Assembly: GCA_051294905.1 (NCBI GenBank)
Contig: CM119372.1
Coordinates: forward strand, 6,450,001 to 6,514,000
Length of the DNA: 64,000 nucleotides
From: Botryllus schlosseri
Lineage: Eukaryota
Reading direction: 5' to 3'
Shown: in pieces, positions 1 through 15,800 of the stretch
Position numbering within the stretch: the first letter of the stretch is position 1
Layout: the number at the start of each line of letters is the position of its first letter
Program-made: the position numbers and the translations under genes
The notes under the pieces: model-generated
The model's database searches: none
Seen by the model: only the letters and a program-made list of their open reading frames with translations
Told to the model about the DNA's origin: nothing

Positions 1-846
1 TAACTTGATGCAACTTGAAGATACGTTACTCAGACAATAGTTAAATATTTTGTCGACTATATGTAAATGAGAAGTTGTCTTGTGACATTGAATTATTCTA
101 TATTTCGTATATGTTTCATATAGGTAAATATAAAAATTTCACGGTTCGTCATGGTCATCCTGTGGATGCGATGTGCCAAGTATGAATTCCGTAAGGAATA
201 CCAATTCACTTGTTTTCATGTGCTGTTGAGAAGGAACGGTGACAATAGAGCAAAACACGATGCATGCTCTCTGCTCAAAAATCTTGTTAAGATTGTGCTG
301 TCCAATTAGTAGGCTAATACTGCCGACATTGTTATCGTCATGAAATTAGCATATATATATAAATGAATGAATGTATCCGTACAGTTTAGGATATGCACTT
401 CATGCACAAATATACCTTGCTAGAAATAAGTAGAAGTGGACCAAACTCATGGTTCTGAGATTTTTCTAGCATACTGTGTTATCAATCGACGGTTTTCTTT
501 TACATAGCTCAGCAGGAGACAGCCGAAAGATCAATATCAATCATAGTCAATAGTCATAGATCATAAAATTTGCTATAGATGTACTATACATGCTGTTGGT
601 AAACCCAACGGGCATATGCTGACTATTATCGGTTGAGGTATTGGTTGTATAAATATATTCATATATTGTATCTCGAATTATTGTAGGCCTACTAAATTTA
701 TAGTAATTATGTGAATGAGAGCGAGTGTATGGAAGATTTACAATCATGTGCTGTATCAAAGCTCATAATTTAGGAAGTATGAAGACTTTATGCGAAGTGC
801 TAGCTATGTAATATTTGGACTTGCCTGTCCGTAATATTGCTATATA

Positions 847-1242
847 CTATCTCTTTATTGTGGTACGAGGGTAGCATTTTAAGACGCCCCTTTCTATATC
901 TTGCATTATAGGGTTTATTCCAATAACATTTGAAGAGAAACATCTGGTCAAGTCCAAATATTTGAAAGCCTTTGTGAGTTTCCGTTGTTGCACCCGGTCG
1001 TTATAGTCGCACGAACTGGATACAGTTTTAATTCGATGTAATGTCTCTAAAAAATCCAATAGATTGTGTTCCCTCGGGATGAGAAATGCGTCAAATCCAA
1101 AGCCATGCACCTAATGGCAATCTGATGATTGACTGCGATTTGACCCACAGTAAGATACAGGCTCGTCATTCTTGAGATGTTTCAAGTATAGAACGAGGTT
1201 ACCTGAACTGGAGTCGCCCAACCGTATCGCAGTGTTATAAGC
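847..1242 (-). CDS. Possible last exons of an unidentified - strand gene
   Basis: 87-codon frame 847-1110 starting exactly at an acceptor (CATTAG|GTG), plus an in-phase upstream donor CAG|GTAACC at 1203. No family was recognised. Confidence 0.3.
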
Positions 1243-4200
1243 CTTACATTGACAGCACTTTACTCCCAGAGGTACTAGTCATCGGCTACCGCTTTATTCG
1301 TTCAAGCAGCTAAGAAGTCGTGCGTTATTTCATTTCAGGAATGCCGACGCATGAAATAATATTGCATGCGATGTGATGCAGGGATCGAGAATGGATATCC
1401 GCTGTTTGCATAGCGCAATTTCAAATAAGAATGAACTAGCAAATTAAATTTGTTAACGTGATTAAGTCAAGGCAGAGCATGTGAAATTTCAGTGTAAGGT
1501 CAATCCGTTAGGAACGTCAACAGTTCTATAATGTCGAATGATTTTTAGGGGTTAGAGAATCCGATATCGTGTCAGATTCGCTTATTTAGTTCTTGTCGTA
1601 GCAGGGATGAAAATGGTGTAACCTTATAATGTATACATTAGCATATGGGTATTTCAATGAATTGCGATTATTGGTGCGTGTACTGCGATGGCCGTATTGT
1701 ATTCTCATGTACAGAAATATGCGGAGCCATAGCCATCCCTTTGAAATTGGTTGTGTTATTAGACTTGAACGCATACCTACCTGTCTACCTACTGTTGTAT
1801 TATCTTGGGTTCAGAATTCAATATAATGAAACCGCGCTATGCTAGGGATATCTCCATTGCGATAAAGACCGTGCCAGGAATGTGAAATCGCTACGGTATT
1901 GCGACGATTTGACAGCAATTTTTGGATTGCAAAGCAATTATCATAGTGCTATTACCGCCATTGGATTACGCAGTTGTCGGACTGTATAGTTTCCCATAAA
2001 ATGTAACCGTTTCTTTTCGTATCAGCAGCGTAATCAGAAATGTCACAATCGATGCGTTGTATGTTCCCCAGTGCATTAAATATACAAATGCTTGGCTACT
2101 TATGAATGGATCACCGTACATATTATATAGAATTTATTATAGTCTGGATCAATTCATTTAATTTTGTCTTACTAGACAGAAATCCTCCGTTAGGAAACGA
2201 TTTTGTAGCCGTATACCAAATGGATTATGTTGAAAGGTGAAAGCACATTATAGAGAACCCTATGCGACCAAGCACGCAAGGAATTTCTTTGCTACGACCG
2301 ATAAATATCGTAACCTGATTTCTTACAATAGGCATCCCTTTGTCAAAATGCTACGCGGCGCAAACCGCACGATTCAGGTAACACGACACCGGGTCTATTT
2401 CGTCTCAAGAAATAAACTTTAAACTCGTGTACTCATTATGTCTCATAGAATTTCGTAGTTCTGTGACACCAATCAGGAAGTATCTTCTATTGTCAAGTCG
2501 TATTGCTCCGTGGTGGCCGTAAAAACGGCTTTTGTGTCAAGTTTCATCGAATGTTCACTGTTCAATGTTCATTAGTTCGAGACGTTGTTTCCCTTGATTC
2601 TATAATGCTGCATAATCAAATAGTTGAGACTGCAGGGAACTAATCTCATTCGAGAAGCGGCTGCGTTCCTGAGAATTAAATATTAGCTATTTCAAAATAG
2701 TTTTTGTATATTGAAGTTCTGTACCTTCATGAAGCTCTTCAAATATCTTTTGTAACTTGACGTTATTGGAAACTTTGTAATTACATCAGAGAAAATGTCA
2801 GTCAACCATTTTGGAATACAAATTTCTACGCGAACCCACGATACGAAATTTAGCCGGGTCATGTAATTGATAAATGATCGATGAAAGTCAATGCAAATAT
2901 CTAGTGCTATTTTCTTGAATAACGAATGTATTCAGTGAAACGAATAACCAGTTGCTAAGATAAAAACTAAAAGACAACGATCTATGAAGTGGTAGAAGCC
3001 CTCTAATGCTATGGACGCGGTTGATGATTTTGACTTGGCGTCAGTCATCCCTTTGGCGTGTTGTAAGACAAAATGCGACGAAGGGTATCCCAACAGTTTA
3101 CAAAGTGGACATTACTGCTAGCGAAAGAACTTTCCAGTAAGTGATTACGATTTTCGCAGCCAACGTTTCAATACAAATAAGGCAAGCTGGTTTCACCACT
3201 CCATCTTTGTAACAAGGAAACCAGTACTGCAAAGTATTTGTCACCTTTTATTCTCGATTTCCACGCGGGTTGGGAGCTAGTCATTCGTCCACTAAACCAC
3301 ATATACCTGTCACAATTATGTCACGAACTATCGTCAGTAACTCAGTATAGCTAAGGTAAAATCAGAATATATTCAGTAAGGCTTTTTCTTCATGTATTAA
3401 CGTAGAAAAAAAGCGCATAAACCGATTAGTCGAGATCGTCGTAAGCTGAAGAACTCATATCATTAGAAGACGTTTATTGTAGAGTGGGAATGAGATCACC
3501 AGTGCTAAGACTGATAGCTCCATCCTACATCTACCCGGTACGCAGTGCGCACTAAATGCCCCGCCAGTCGAACTGCATCATACAGTCGAACTATATAGAT
3601 TCGCAATGCAGGCAGATATTAGAACCTACGCTTCGTAAAGGAACAGGTCGAGCAGAAACAGTATTGGTATTGTCGCAACTACTCTTACAACGGCTTAGTC
3701 GAGGGTAATATCAAAGCTATCCGAAGTTCAGCCGCAAGTTTGCGATAACGTGACAGGTCTACAAAATGATGCAAAACGCTCGAAAGAAATCGATGGGCCC
3801 TTTTAATTGTAATGTTTCGAGACCATAAATATATTTCTTCACGAACCTATTTGTGCTCGTGAACCACAATTCGAGAAGCCCGGGATTAAGGCACAGATTT
3901 GACCAAGATTTAAAATTTCGGACATTAGACTGCGTGGATAACATTTAAATGGGTCAATCTCAGAAACATGAGCAATTGAGCAATGAGCATGCCAGTCATT
4001 TCTAACGCCAATAATACTTTAGTGCGACACGATATATGCTGGAGGTAAGATTAGCAGGGGGCATCGAATATATACAGTCTATTTTAGGCTAGAGTAAATC
4101 TTTTGATTGAAACCAAGCTTATGTTTTTGTTCGGCTACAATTTGCAGAATTATGGGTAGTGCCGTCATATCAGTAACATATATTTATTATAAATTCGTCA

Positions 4201-4262
4201 CACTACGTCCGTTTTCGTCGCCTGTCCGGGTTCTATAGTGCACGAGAACTTTTGAATTGTCG

Positions 4263-4344
4263 ATGGGGCGGCTTCGGTTACTTTCCGTCGTCAAGTTTAC
4301 TTTTGCTCTCTGCTGCGTGTCAGAAGCTTTCGTTTTGTCAACAG
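4263..4344 (+). CDS. Receptor exon 1, signal peptide MGRLRLLSVVKFTFALCCVSEAFVLST
   Basis: ATG at 4263, basic n-region then hydrophobic core, phase-1 donor G|GTACGT that matches the phase-1 acceptor at 6398. Confidence 0.7.
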
Positions 4345-7300
4345 GTACGTTATACAATCAGCATAAATTATATTATACATGATCAGATACGTTATATTGC
4401 AATACAGCAGCTGTTGGCTCTTGGGCGGGTAGTAATTGTTATCACCATCGGGAAAATTTAGCTAATTTCTACATTATATATAACGGAACAATGTATCCCG
4501 CCCATTAAATCACCAAGCTATTTATCAATAATCTATACTCCGCAACGTATTGAGGCAGTAGTACCCCTTTGTGCATTATGAATTCGGCTAACCTCTACGC
4601 ATGGTAGAATTCAGTTTGATTGTGAATAGTAGCAGAACTCGTCAGTCCTCATATCTAGCGAAATTCAGTGTTCGTCGCCATTTAGTGCATCGGATTCTAT
4701 CCGCCCAATCAATGCTATATCATGCTACTTATCGGTTTCGAAATATTTATATTTTAGAAAGCAATTATGTTTTTTCAAATTATGGCGGATGTATTTAATA
4801 ACGTGAACATCTGTAATCCAAACACTATGCAAAGTTGTATATCGTTTGCTACGATACATTTTTATGATCTCGTTTGTATCATGATAATTATAATTTGGAA
4901 GATGGCAGAAATTTGAATTGATGACATTTAGCCTATACGCACAGTACACATTTCCGCTATACGTGTCTAATAGCCTTAAAAATTAAATCGAGAGCAAGTT
5001 AGCTATACCTATCAAATCCTGGCAACCACGAATCCGTGTGTCTTACGACATCTTCATGTTACTATCGGATTAGATATAGGCCTAGGTGTATTCCTTATAT
5101 ATCTGATAGTTATTCGGCTGCAAAAACACATACTATGATCATCGAAGATAATAACAGTAGCTTAACCAATATTTATAGCGCCCAAGACATGTTATTAATA
5201 TTAATATTCCCATCCACGAATTTCGGGTATTTAGATTGCGATGTCGCATTGTGTCATCGCCATATAGCCCATCTATGATGCTACAGTATGGAAGTTGTAT
5301 TGGAAAGCAATCGTTTTTGTCTCTGCTCGATTTTCTGGTGTCTTGCTTGCTTTTCCGGCAGCATATTTGTAGTAGGCTTATTACTGACAACATATGAGAA
5401 CGTATGATCATAAGTATTCCAATTACGCAACTCAACCCTGCGGTTATTCTTTGTGAAGCTCGACCAAATATTTCCAGAAGTCATTTCCATCTACTCTCGG
5501 CTGATTAGAAAACGCAGTAATATAAATGTCATAATAGAATATGCTGTCTGAGTAGTTAAACGAGACAAAAGCTTTTACGACATGTCACAATATGCGTTGT
5601 ATGTTGATTGGGAAAACAAAATACTCGCGCCAGACCATCGCTGTAATGTCTTTGATAACATAAATTACAGAGAGTAAAATCAATATCACGTTGAACATAT
5701 GTTCATTACAGTCCGAAAAATGCCTATATACATTCTGGCCGCATCCATCATTCCCAAAGTAGAATAAAAAAGAACCTAGATCCTATGTAGCCAGAGATCG
5801 TCAAAGTATCAATAGTCAACGCTAGTACTAAAGTAGAAGCAACCTAGAAGCAACGGCCTAAAATTCTAGACAATTACGAATACCGATTCACAAGATATAT
5901 TAAAACTACTTCATGTGGACATGAAAAATGAAGGTGTGCTCATGCTGGAAAGTCCCGAAGCAAGTAGCCTAGTTTTGACACGTAGATTTGGTCGATGGGT
6001 CGTATACTTTTGCCGCCTAATTGCAGTAGGTGGCTAAAAAAACGACATGGTATATCTTCGCCGTTACCGCAAAATGCCGCTACTAAGGGGTGCGATTGCC
6101 GGAAATATATTCAGTTACTATGATACAAGGGCTGTTTCGACCAGTTGCTCTGACAATTTCGATTATGAACGACCTGAACATATCCCAAAACGAATATGTA
6201 GTTTACAAAATGTAATTTGTAAAAACCAAGTATATATTTCATAAACGAAATAACTATTACATGTGTAGGTTGTGTGAGTAGGCCGAACATACTTCAGGGC
6301 CTACTCCTCTACTCGCAGTACTTAGTTATTGACCACCTCTGCCTATAACTACGAATATGTGAAGATAAGCTATTATGAGTTGATATCTATTTTTCAGAGG
6401 TCGAAGTGGAATGTGTCACTTGGAATTTTGAAAAGATTCTGTGTAGGTGGAAAAATATCCGCGACGGAACTGAGACGATTCGAGGCAAGATTACCGTTGA
6501 ATTTGCAGCCAAAAGGTAAGCTGCGAATATGATGTGTACGGGAATTCGTCTTGTCCGATATTTTTCATTCACAGTTATGGCCATCTGCTTGTTTTGTTTT
6601 GGCGTGCACTCTAGGCGTAAAATATGAAGTTGACCGATTTGGATTAACACATTAACTACTTGAACAACGGGTGTGTCGAACTGTCCATACTGCAACGGTG
6701 CGTGATAGTTTAGCACGACTACTCTCAAGTATTTGAAGCATGTATAAAGCTATCCACTTACTGGCTGCCAATGGAAATGAAGCTAGAATTTGCCCAAAAG
6801 AGATGGCACCAATGTTCCCCCTAATTTTTGAAGAGTCTGCGCACACTCACCAAATCACTACGCAGATCCTTGGACAACAGTGTGTAACGACTATAAAAAA
6901 GGTCATCGATTCGGATTTTTTGTGCGCAACTTAGATTTTCTGTGAGCAGCGACCGTGTCATCACTGCGCATTTGCGCACGTGCGCAGCTTAGAGGGAACA
7001 TTGGATGGCACTATGCTATGGTAGCCTACTTGAATTTGGTGTTCTTTAATGTATTCTGAACAAAGTCCCCTTCTTTTACCAATGTCTCTGCACTGTAATT
7101 AGCAATTGTGATCAAGCATTCGTCGGGCTTTGCAAATCATGCAAACTATCATCAGACATACCAAGTACACTAATGGACTTAAATATTCATATTGTTTCCT
7201 ATTCACTTGAAGCCTTTCGAGAACAGGCTAATCCAGTGGTTCTCCACCTTTTTGGCTTCGCGGACCCCTTTTTGACCGTCACGGACCCTCGCGTACCCCC

Positions 7301-9799
7301 TCAAGATTTAGTTCAATTTTAGCTCAATTATGGTGCAACCGTCATCTGTCCTGTGCAAATATGAACTGTAGGCTTGTGATAAACAGCAACAAAATAACTT
7401 TTCTTGGAAGTAACATCATTATATTTATGTAGAAATTGGGCATACTTTTATTACATCAAAGCTAATTTTGCAGCAGTATTTCTTGAAGTACGTAGTCGTG
7501 TCTTGAAAATCGGCGCCTTCGATTTGATATGAACGAGTGCCGAAAATCCATCTCCACAAAGATAGATGGAGGCTAATGCAGCCTAATATTAACGCGTAAC
7601 GCTTCCGACGACACTTTTGGTGTGATCTCAACATTCATGGCACCAAAATGAAGAAACATATTTTTAATGGACATAACAAGTCCAGCCTCGTCATTTTTGT
7701 GTGGTATCTCCTCTTGAATTTATTCTGGAATACTAGTTAGGCTATGTATGTCACAGGATGAAATGGATTACGTGGCGAGGTTTCAATCCCTTCATTGGGA
7801 AAAATCAGGGAAAATACCTCAGAAAGTTTTATTTTAAACGACGGTTCGCGAATAAGATAAGACTGATGGCACTTGATATCGAAAAGGGTTTCGTAAACAT
7901 CGCGAGTCGGCCTGATTGACCTAACCATATCCATATATTTATTTTTTCCACAAACCCCAACAAATCGTTTCTGAACAGCAATATGTTGGTAAAAGTAGGT
8001 TATTGGCAATTTGGCAATTAAAATGCATTTGCATAATATGATATTTCATGTCAGACGGTTATTATGATGATGTGAGTCATGAAATTTTGCCAGTTGTCGT
8101 GCGAACTGCATCATGCTTTCTCAAATTAAAAAAAAAAAAAAATTAGGTTATCAATCAATTTCAGATCTCGCGGACGCCCTGGAATTGTTTCGCGGACTCC
8201 CGGTTGAGAACCACTGAGCTAATCAAATAGATTGCGACCCTCAGTAATGTAACCGCTGTGTAGGCCTAGTTCTCGAAACTTACCTACATTCCGATCGCAA
8301 TATATTACTCGTCACGGGTTACTGGTAGCAAGGGGTTATACTAAAAGTAGCATTAGTTTCCCTTGGATTTTAACACCAACAAAATGCTGATGGCAGTTGT
8401 TATCATATCTGTAACAAGCTGTCCCGTTGGATTGATGTTCAATTGTTCATTGTCCACTGTCCACTGGAAACCAGTGAAGGAACTGCCAATAACGTATACA
8501 GCGCATACGCCCATGACCGCATCAAATAGCATATTCCATCATCCATCAACTCTTACATATCGAATTCGCGTCAGAATAATCCCTTAGCCATTAAATACAA
8601 TCATGCCATGGCAGAACACTCTTCCATTGGTAACCATTTGTTTGTATAGGTTTACCATATTTTGGAATTGGGAAAAGAGGACACTTTTTCAAAATTTTCA
8701 AACTGGTAAATTTTTCCCACTTCGTGATTGGTTGACTAACAAAAAAGTCAACTTTCCCGTTCCGCCCAAATTACAGTATCTATCTTCTTTCACTTTATCA
8801 AGCGGTTGACTAAAATAAAGGTCCCACGAATTTCATATTTATGCCCATAATCACTACAATCTGTCCACTGTATTAGCTCTAACACGTGTAAAGGAGGACG
8901 GGTTGCAAAAAAGGAGGCGTCCTCGGAGGACATTTTCAAAAACCCGAAAAAGGAGGACAAATCCTCCTAAAGGAGGACGTATGGTAACCCTAGTGCATAC
9001 GCCATGTGCTGCAAATTACCAAGAGGACTTGTTCCATATTTGTGTCAGCTCGGGAAGTTACAGCTGAAAATATAATAAACGGGCTGTGTCCATCACTTCA
9101 ATCTACGAGTACAAGCAGATCTAATGGGACACCACTGCAATGCGCAGTAGAATTCAGCAGTAGTATGTGTGGCAGTGTTGTGATGACACGAGTCAACTTT
9201 TTTTGCATGACTTGATTGACTCGAGTCTCTTTGCGAAAACGACTACATTTCACTCAAACGCTGCGTTTTAAAGATTTGTTTGACTTGTGACTCGTTGCAA
9301 AATTTTAGTCAATTTCATGTCATCAAGTAGTCGGTGTTGATATGCTCTCGAACACACTGGACCGATGTCGTGACCAGTGACAGAAACCAGTCGTTCTACT
9401 ATTGTCCAGCTTAGTTTTACTGAGCCTCGATTGTTATTTCACATATAAATTGAACGTGAACAAGTGGATTAGAGCTAACCTCGTTGTAATAACTAGTAGT
9501 AATATAAGCCTTAGCTTATGCCGGTGTATTTCTGTTATACTGTTCGGTGCTTCCTTCAACATAACACTTCTATGATTTGACTCAAACGGGAATGTTTGTG
9601 AGTTATTATTACTAGTCAACAAATGGTTTACGCTTTATCTCATGGATGTATAGGTGGTTTGCGTCTCCCATCATATCAATTAGTTCAACTCTCGCAGGTT
9701 TCTCATGCATTCCGCTATTTTGTCTGATAATTATAAACCCGGGATATACAGTTACCTACGTAGTTTAGCAGTACCCGTGTGTGTGTGTGTAGGTCTTGG

Positions 9800-9832
<33 letters not shown>

Positions 9833-12800
9833 TGAACCCCCTCTGAAGGCTTGTGCTTTGCAACTACATGGGTATTCAGGCGATATCCAAACTAAATACA
9901 GGTTTATAGCCTAGATTTTTATGTTACGGCCAGGTGATGCTAACGCACATTTTTGTACATCCTAATTATGCATTTTTCCTGACCTTTATCCATCCATTTG
10001 GTTAGAACTTTCCATTGACATATTAGACTTGAGTCTACCCCAAAGAATGTGAATTCTTCAACGTGCACGTGCATAATACCCTTTTGAAATTTCTCTCGAG
10101 TAACGGCACTGATTGGTATGCATTTGGCAGTTCGCCAATATTTCAGGAATGTGTGGAATCTTCACAACCATTGCACCCAAACTACTCATCTTGCGTTTTG
10201 CCTTACCCCTCTGCATGGTTGAATAAAACTTTGCTGAGAAAAGTGTCTTCTTCAAATGAATTGCAGAGTAACCCAACTGTGGATGACTTCATTCCTGCCT
10301 GTGAGTTTTTATCCTTCGCTGTATTGATATACGAATGTATGGTTGAAAATTCCTTTTCGTAACAGTGGTGCTGTCTCCTCCTGTCATCAAATTTTCAAAG
10401 AAAATATTCGAAGGAAAGGTCAATGTATCACTCAACGTTTCTTTTGATGAACAATTTATTGGAAAGATGGTTTCTTTGTACTGTGGAACACCTGAATTGA
10501 GCGTAAGTGTGTTATCATTGTTTTCGGTGTTACGTCCTACTACTAATGACAAATGCAATGGATGCTTCAGTAGGCATGAAGCACTGTATTATATCTCAAT
10601 TGCAGCTTGTATTCATTGTCAATCGCAGTATTGTCAATTGCTGAAAGTGGCTAACCGTACATAACGTAGCTATGTGCTGCTTGCAGTGCTCTTCTTTGGT
10701 TACCAAAACTGTTCACATTATAATTGATTGAGACGGGTGTTTCTTGTCCATTTCTTTTATTACGGATTGCATTATGTATTGACAGATATTTTATCAAGCT
10801 GTTGCCTCGCAAGGACATGAAGAATACTCCGACGAGGTAAATAAATCTGTTTATTGTGTAAAATTATTTCTGTGGCAATCCACGTGTACTTGAGGACAGT
10901 TCTGTATTATATTTTCACACACGATAGTCAACAATGCTGGACCTGGAAGACTTTTTATTACGGACATAGAAAACTATTTATACTAGAAATAAAATCCATC
11001 TGAATAACTGATTTTGTCTTCAGTATAGCCGGTACCAGAATAATCGTATAGCTTGTAATTTACCAGTAGGTGCCTTCGCTCTTTATATAGATACATTCGT
11101 TCTGTAGACACTATACAAATTTAGGTCTTCCGTGTGCTTCAAATTTGAGCAATTGATGCCACTTTATGACCTGTTCCATCGTCAATTGCCATGAAAACTT
11201 TTCTGTTATGCCTAACCCTGAATCAAAATTCTGCATGAATCCTTGCAGCTCTCTTGGAAAGAGTGGAAGAGCTACAAAACATGGGATTTGCATGAATACT
11301 TGAAATACAAAGATAGGAAAATGAGAAATAGCAAAGCCTCAACATCAGAGGTGAGTGGGACTTTACAGTTCAGGAATAATTCTCGATATCAACATCAGTA
11401 TGCACTGCTATACATATTAGGGCTGTTCAAATTTAACGTTTTTTCCGTATTCCAGTCTTTCGCTGATTAAATTGTCAGGTTACCCTTTAAAAATGCTGCA
11501 CATCAAACTTGGTTCAATTCCAACAAGTATGCACTTTTTTCAACCCCATGAGATTGTTGAGTGGTCTTCCAAATTGACGCAAAACAAATTTGACTCAATT
11601 TTAACCAGTAGAAGCGGAGTTATTTGAGTTTTTGTTGATCATTTTCTTATTAGCCTTGATTGGTGATCAAGTGGTAATCAGTGGTTGGAATCCGGAAAAA
11701 AAGTTATTTTTGAGAGCCCTAATACACATGCATGCATACATTCATTTGAATATGGAATATAGTCTTAGTCATAGGCTGAATGAAATCGAAATTATGTTTT
11801 GAAACTTACGGTATACAAGTACAAAGAAGCTGGGTCAAATATTGTGGCTGCAGTGATGGTGGGAATAGTCAGAAAGATGAGCCGAATTAATCAAAATTAA
11901 TGTTTCAAAACGAAGTACATTCAAGTACGTAGCGTGGAACCATAGCAGAGTTTTGAGATGGGGCATCGGTACATCCAGAAAAATGTGTGTGTAGGTTATT
12001 CTATGTTGTCTTCAATCTAAAAGTTTGTCAGTTTGTATACCTGACAGTTCAGGTGATAATTAGTTAAAAAAATAATCATTTTTGTCAAAACCGGTGATAG
12101 AATCCATTCCACAGAACTCACCTTGCAACAGCCTAATGTGTATAGGAGTTTCGATCATAAAAATGTGTTCTGTGTATAGGATCAGAGTGAAAATTTGTAG
12201 AGGTGAAATTTACTTATTAATGACATGATGACACGAATATCCATTGTGACGTAACGACGATGAATGATGTCACAATGTTTAGGAGGAGCCAGGGTCATTG
12301 GAGCCTTTCACGTGCCCAATATTCTGTGGTTGTGTCCAGGATAATCACTAGCTCAAACCTTACAGAGTGAGATTTGTAGCCATATGAATTACATGTGCAG
12401 TCAACTGATTCATTTTACATAATAAATCAATCGTAACGTTCCAATAATTTAAAATCAATGATTGGAACACCATTTTATATCGAAAATTTCAATTTACCCA
12501 AGTTCAGGTAATCACACTCACTTGGGAAAATGTCAAATTCGCTGTATTTGACTAATTTTAATTCCTTTATATTCATCACAAACAGGAACAATGATGAATA
12601 TAGTGACTCAATCTAACGTATTCAGACTGAAACTGATGCTGTAAGAGGGCATCGCAATTTGTGTCTGATATCTTTGTAGGCTACCTGGTAGTCATGACTT
12701 TGGGATAAGTAATGAATCTGTATGATATTGTTCACCCAACTTAACTGTAAAAAAATATACTTATTATTATATTCTTTATTAGTATTATTGATACAACACA

Positions 12801-15800
12801 GTGGCGCTTATCGCCTTTTTCAGGACATGTGCACCACGACACGAAATTTGATATGTTGATAGTGTCTTTGCGTTTTCGTAATCTTGGGGACGCCTTTCAT
12901 TCTGTTCTCCCAATCAAGCTTCAGTGTTCAGTCCCTCTCACTACCCTGCGCCTCCAGCGTGGTCTCTGCTGCCGACTTGTAGCACGGCTCACTTTCAGTC
13001 TGGGATTTTTCAATGCACTACCGTAGTAGTGAGATCGGCGATGAGGAGCCAAGAGAAACCCCGACCCGTAGAAGTTGGTCAGAAATATACATAAATAATA
13101 TACATATGAAACTGATCCTCGATCATGTTGTGTGCTTGAAATTTTTATCCGTTGCTTGAATGCCAATTTTCATGTAATCATTTACCACCTTTGTATATCT
13201 CTCATATAGTTATTCGGATATGTATTTAATTAGATGCGTTTGGCATTTGTACACAGCCCATCCCCTGCGATGATCCTCTCGAAGTGATAACATGTTTGAA
13301 CAGTTGGGTGCATTGTGTCATGGTTCAATATGTCATCTGTCAGTACTCAGACCTAGTAATATGGGACATGTGTCGGGTACAGGTATTTGAATTGTTCCCA
13401 ATCACTTTTAGTCTCCCTCCCTTCTTGCAGGTGACAATATGGGTATAATTTAAGGTATATAGCTACACACACAGCACTGGGTTACTAGGTATTATTGAAA
13501 ATGTTGTCTTGCAGAATGGTGGATCTCCTAAAATTTTGCCGAGGATAGGCCAACTTACCTTTCAATATATTGTACATACATTGTGCTGCGATTTCAGATT
13601 TACCTCGACACGTTTCCAGTTAATAGGGAGTATCTCTTACAAGTGAGATGGCGGGCAGATACATCATTGTGCAAAAGTGACTGGAGTCCTTTCCGTACTT
13701 ACGAATTTAATACGAGTAAGTCGAGAGTTGCATGTTTGGAGTTCAGTCTCCTAGCACTCTTTTCTTATCTAGAGAACATCATCCTATCTCCTATCAATAT
13801 CCAAATGAATCGTGATAGCAATGTTACCCTGACTTGTAAGTCGAGCTACTACATGGACAAGGTGAGTCGATATGAACTGAGAAAAGTGACCAGTATCCGC
13901 TTTATATCCAAATTTCATCTGCTTTGCTCGCTACTCCAAAATACATGTAGTCTGAAAGTGACTGACAGAACATTGCTGAAGCCTAGGTGAAGTGCATAGT
14001 ATATTTGGATATAATATTGAAATGTATCATGAGGTTCTGTACTCCAAATCGTCTCTAATTGAATCAAATCATTTTCAAGAAACAACTCTCATGTTTAAAC
14101 TTATATTTAAATCATTATTCAAACTAGCTGAGAAGTAAATTATGGTTCCGTCTATTCAAATTCAAAATTCAATCTCAGCTATGCAGCTCCTCATCTCAAG
14201 CGATATCACGTTCCATTCAGAAGATTGCGGTCCAGCGAGGCATGCATTTGTTCAGTTTTAATATTGGAGAGGAGTTACAAAGACCAGACTGTTAGAACCA
14301 CTATAGGCAGCCAACCCCGCCTTTTGTGTAGCCGTTGCCATTTCACTATATCTTGCAGGAGTGCATCGCATCAACAAAAGTATACCTGCATGCGGACCGA
14401 ATTCGATACGAATAGTGCTAAATATTTATAGAATGTTGTAAATCATATATACATGTATTCAGTTGTTATTAACGGACGATGTCAAAATAGTTAGCTTACC
14501 TGGATCAATTTGACTGTATCGTCGCTGTGGATTCAAAATAGCTCATGTTCAGTTTACCCTATTTGACAAAAAGGCACTCTTTGTAGAGTTCATTTTCTTT
14601 AGGTCATATCTTGGCCATAATGAACTTTGACACAATATGAAAAACATAAACACGGCAAAGATATTCAGAAAAAGTATGATTTTCATTCAATTTGAAATAT
14701 GGACAAAAGCTACTGTGATTCCACTGCGACGATATGATGTTGAGGCCTTTCCTCAAATTCGACCTTTGATCTTTTCCAGTTTGAATGGAGGATATTACCA
14801 GGAGATGGTAACAGTGTAAGCAATCCATCACATAAGTTTACTATTCCGTCAGAAGATGGCTTCACCAGTCGTGTAGGTAGCTGGGATTGGGTTTTGTTAC
14901 AATATCATCTTAACTTCGACGTATTACAGTACAATTTGGTTCATATGAAGGAAATGGATTACAATGTGGAGTGTTTATCAACTGTTTCCGGAAGAGATTT
15001 CGACGGAATTATGGTCCATGTTGGAGGTATGATCAACTTAGTTGAGAATTCGCTTGGTTTGAGAATCATTGGACAATGGGACAGTTGTTCTAGAAAGTGG
15101 AATAGTTAATATATTATTAAACGTTCAAGTGACAATAACGACTTCCCAGGCCACCACGGACCCCATTGCCCTGCTATATCCACATTATGGTAGTTCAATA
15201 ATATCTTCTTTCAAACTTCACTGGTTAGTTGATAAAATTGTTAGTTTGGTTAAAAAACTCTACACAGCAAATGTGACTCAATTCTAACCTGTAGAAGAAG
15301 TGGCGAGATAGCGCAGTGGTATAATCCGCGGCTGCAACACCAATGGGCGCGGGTTCGAGTCCGACCTAAGTGTTGGAGGTTTACCTAGGCTCCTCCTCGC
15401 CACCTCATCCGCGTGAGCGGTGTGTTACAAAAAGCCTGGAGGTGGGCCGTGCTATAAGTCGGCAGTTACGGAAAATATTGAACAATATCGGCCTGGTGTG
15501 AATGACCATAGCAGCCAACCAACACCATGAATATCACAAACAAACAAACCTGTAGAAGCGAAGCTATTGTAGTTCGAAAATTTTATAGATTTATCACACA
15601 AAATGTTTGTTCTTTTAATTTTACTGGCAACGCCTTTAAATTGTTATGTTATCTGAACGGACGATGCATAAAACATTTGTGGAAGATATTGGCGCACAGA
15701 ATTGTGGATTTTAGGAAATTTTAATTAATAATTTTATAACCGCCCACCGTAAATACTATTCTTTCAAATCCAAAGTTTACTACTACAATAACTTCGCTTC

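Noticed and set aside
14853..14872. 20-nt micro-exon in the Ig domain
   Set aside because: It would need a ~45-nt intron, shorter than any other seen here, and the frame is consistent without it.
15300..15370. Functional tRNA-Cys gene
   Set aside because: The cloverleaf is incomplete and the head continues into a shared body, ACAA tail and TSD, so it is a SINE.
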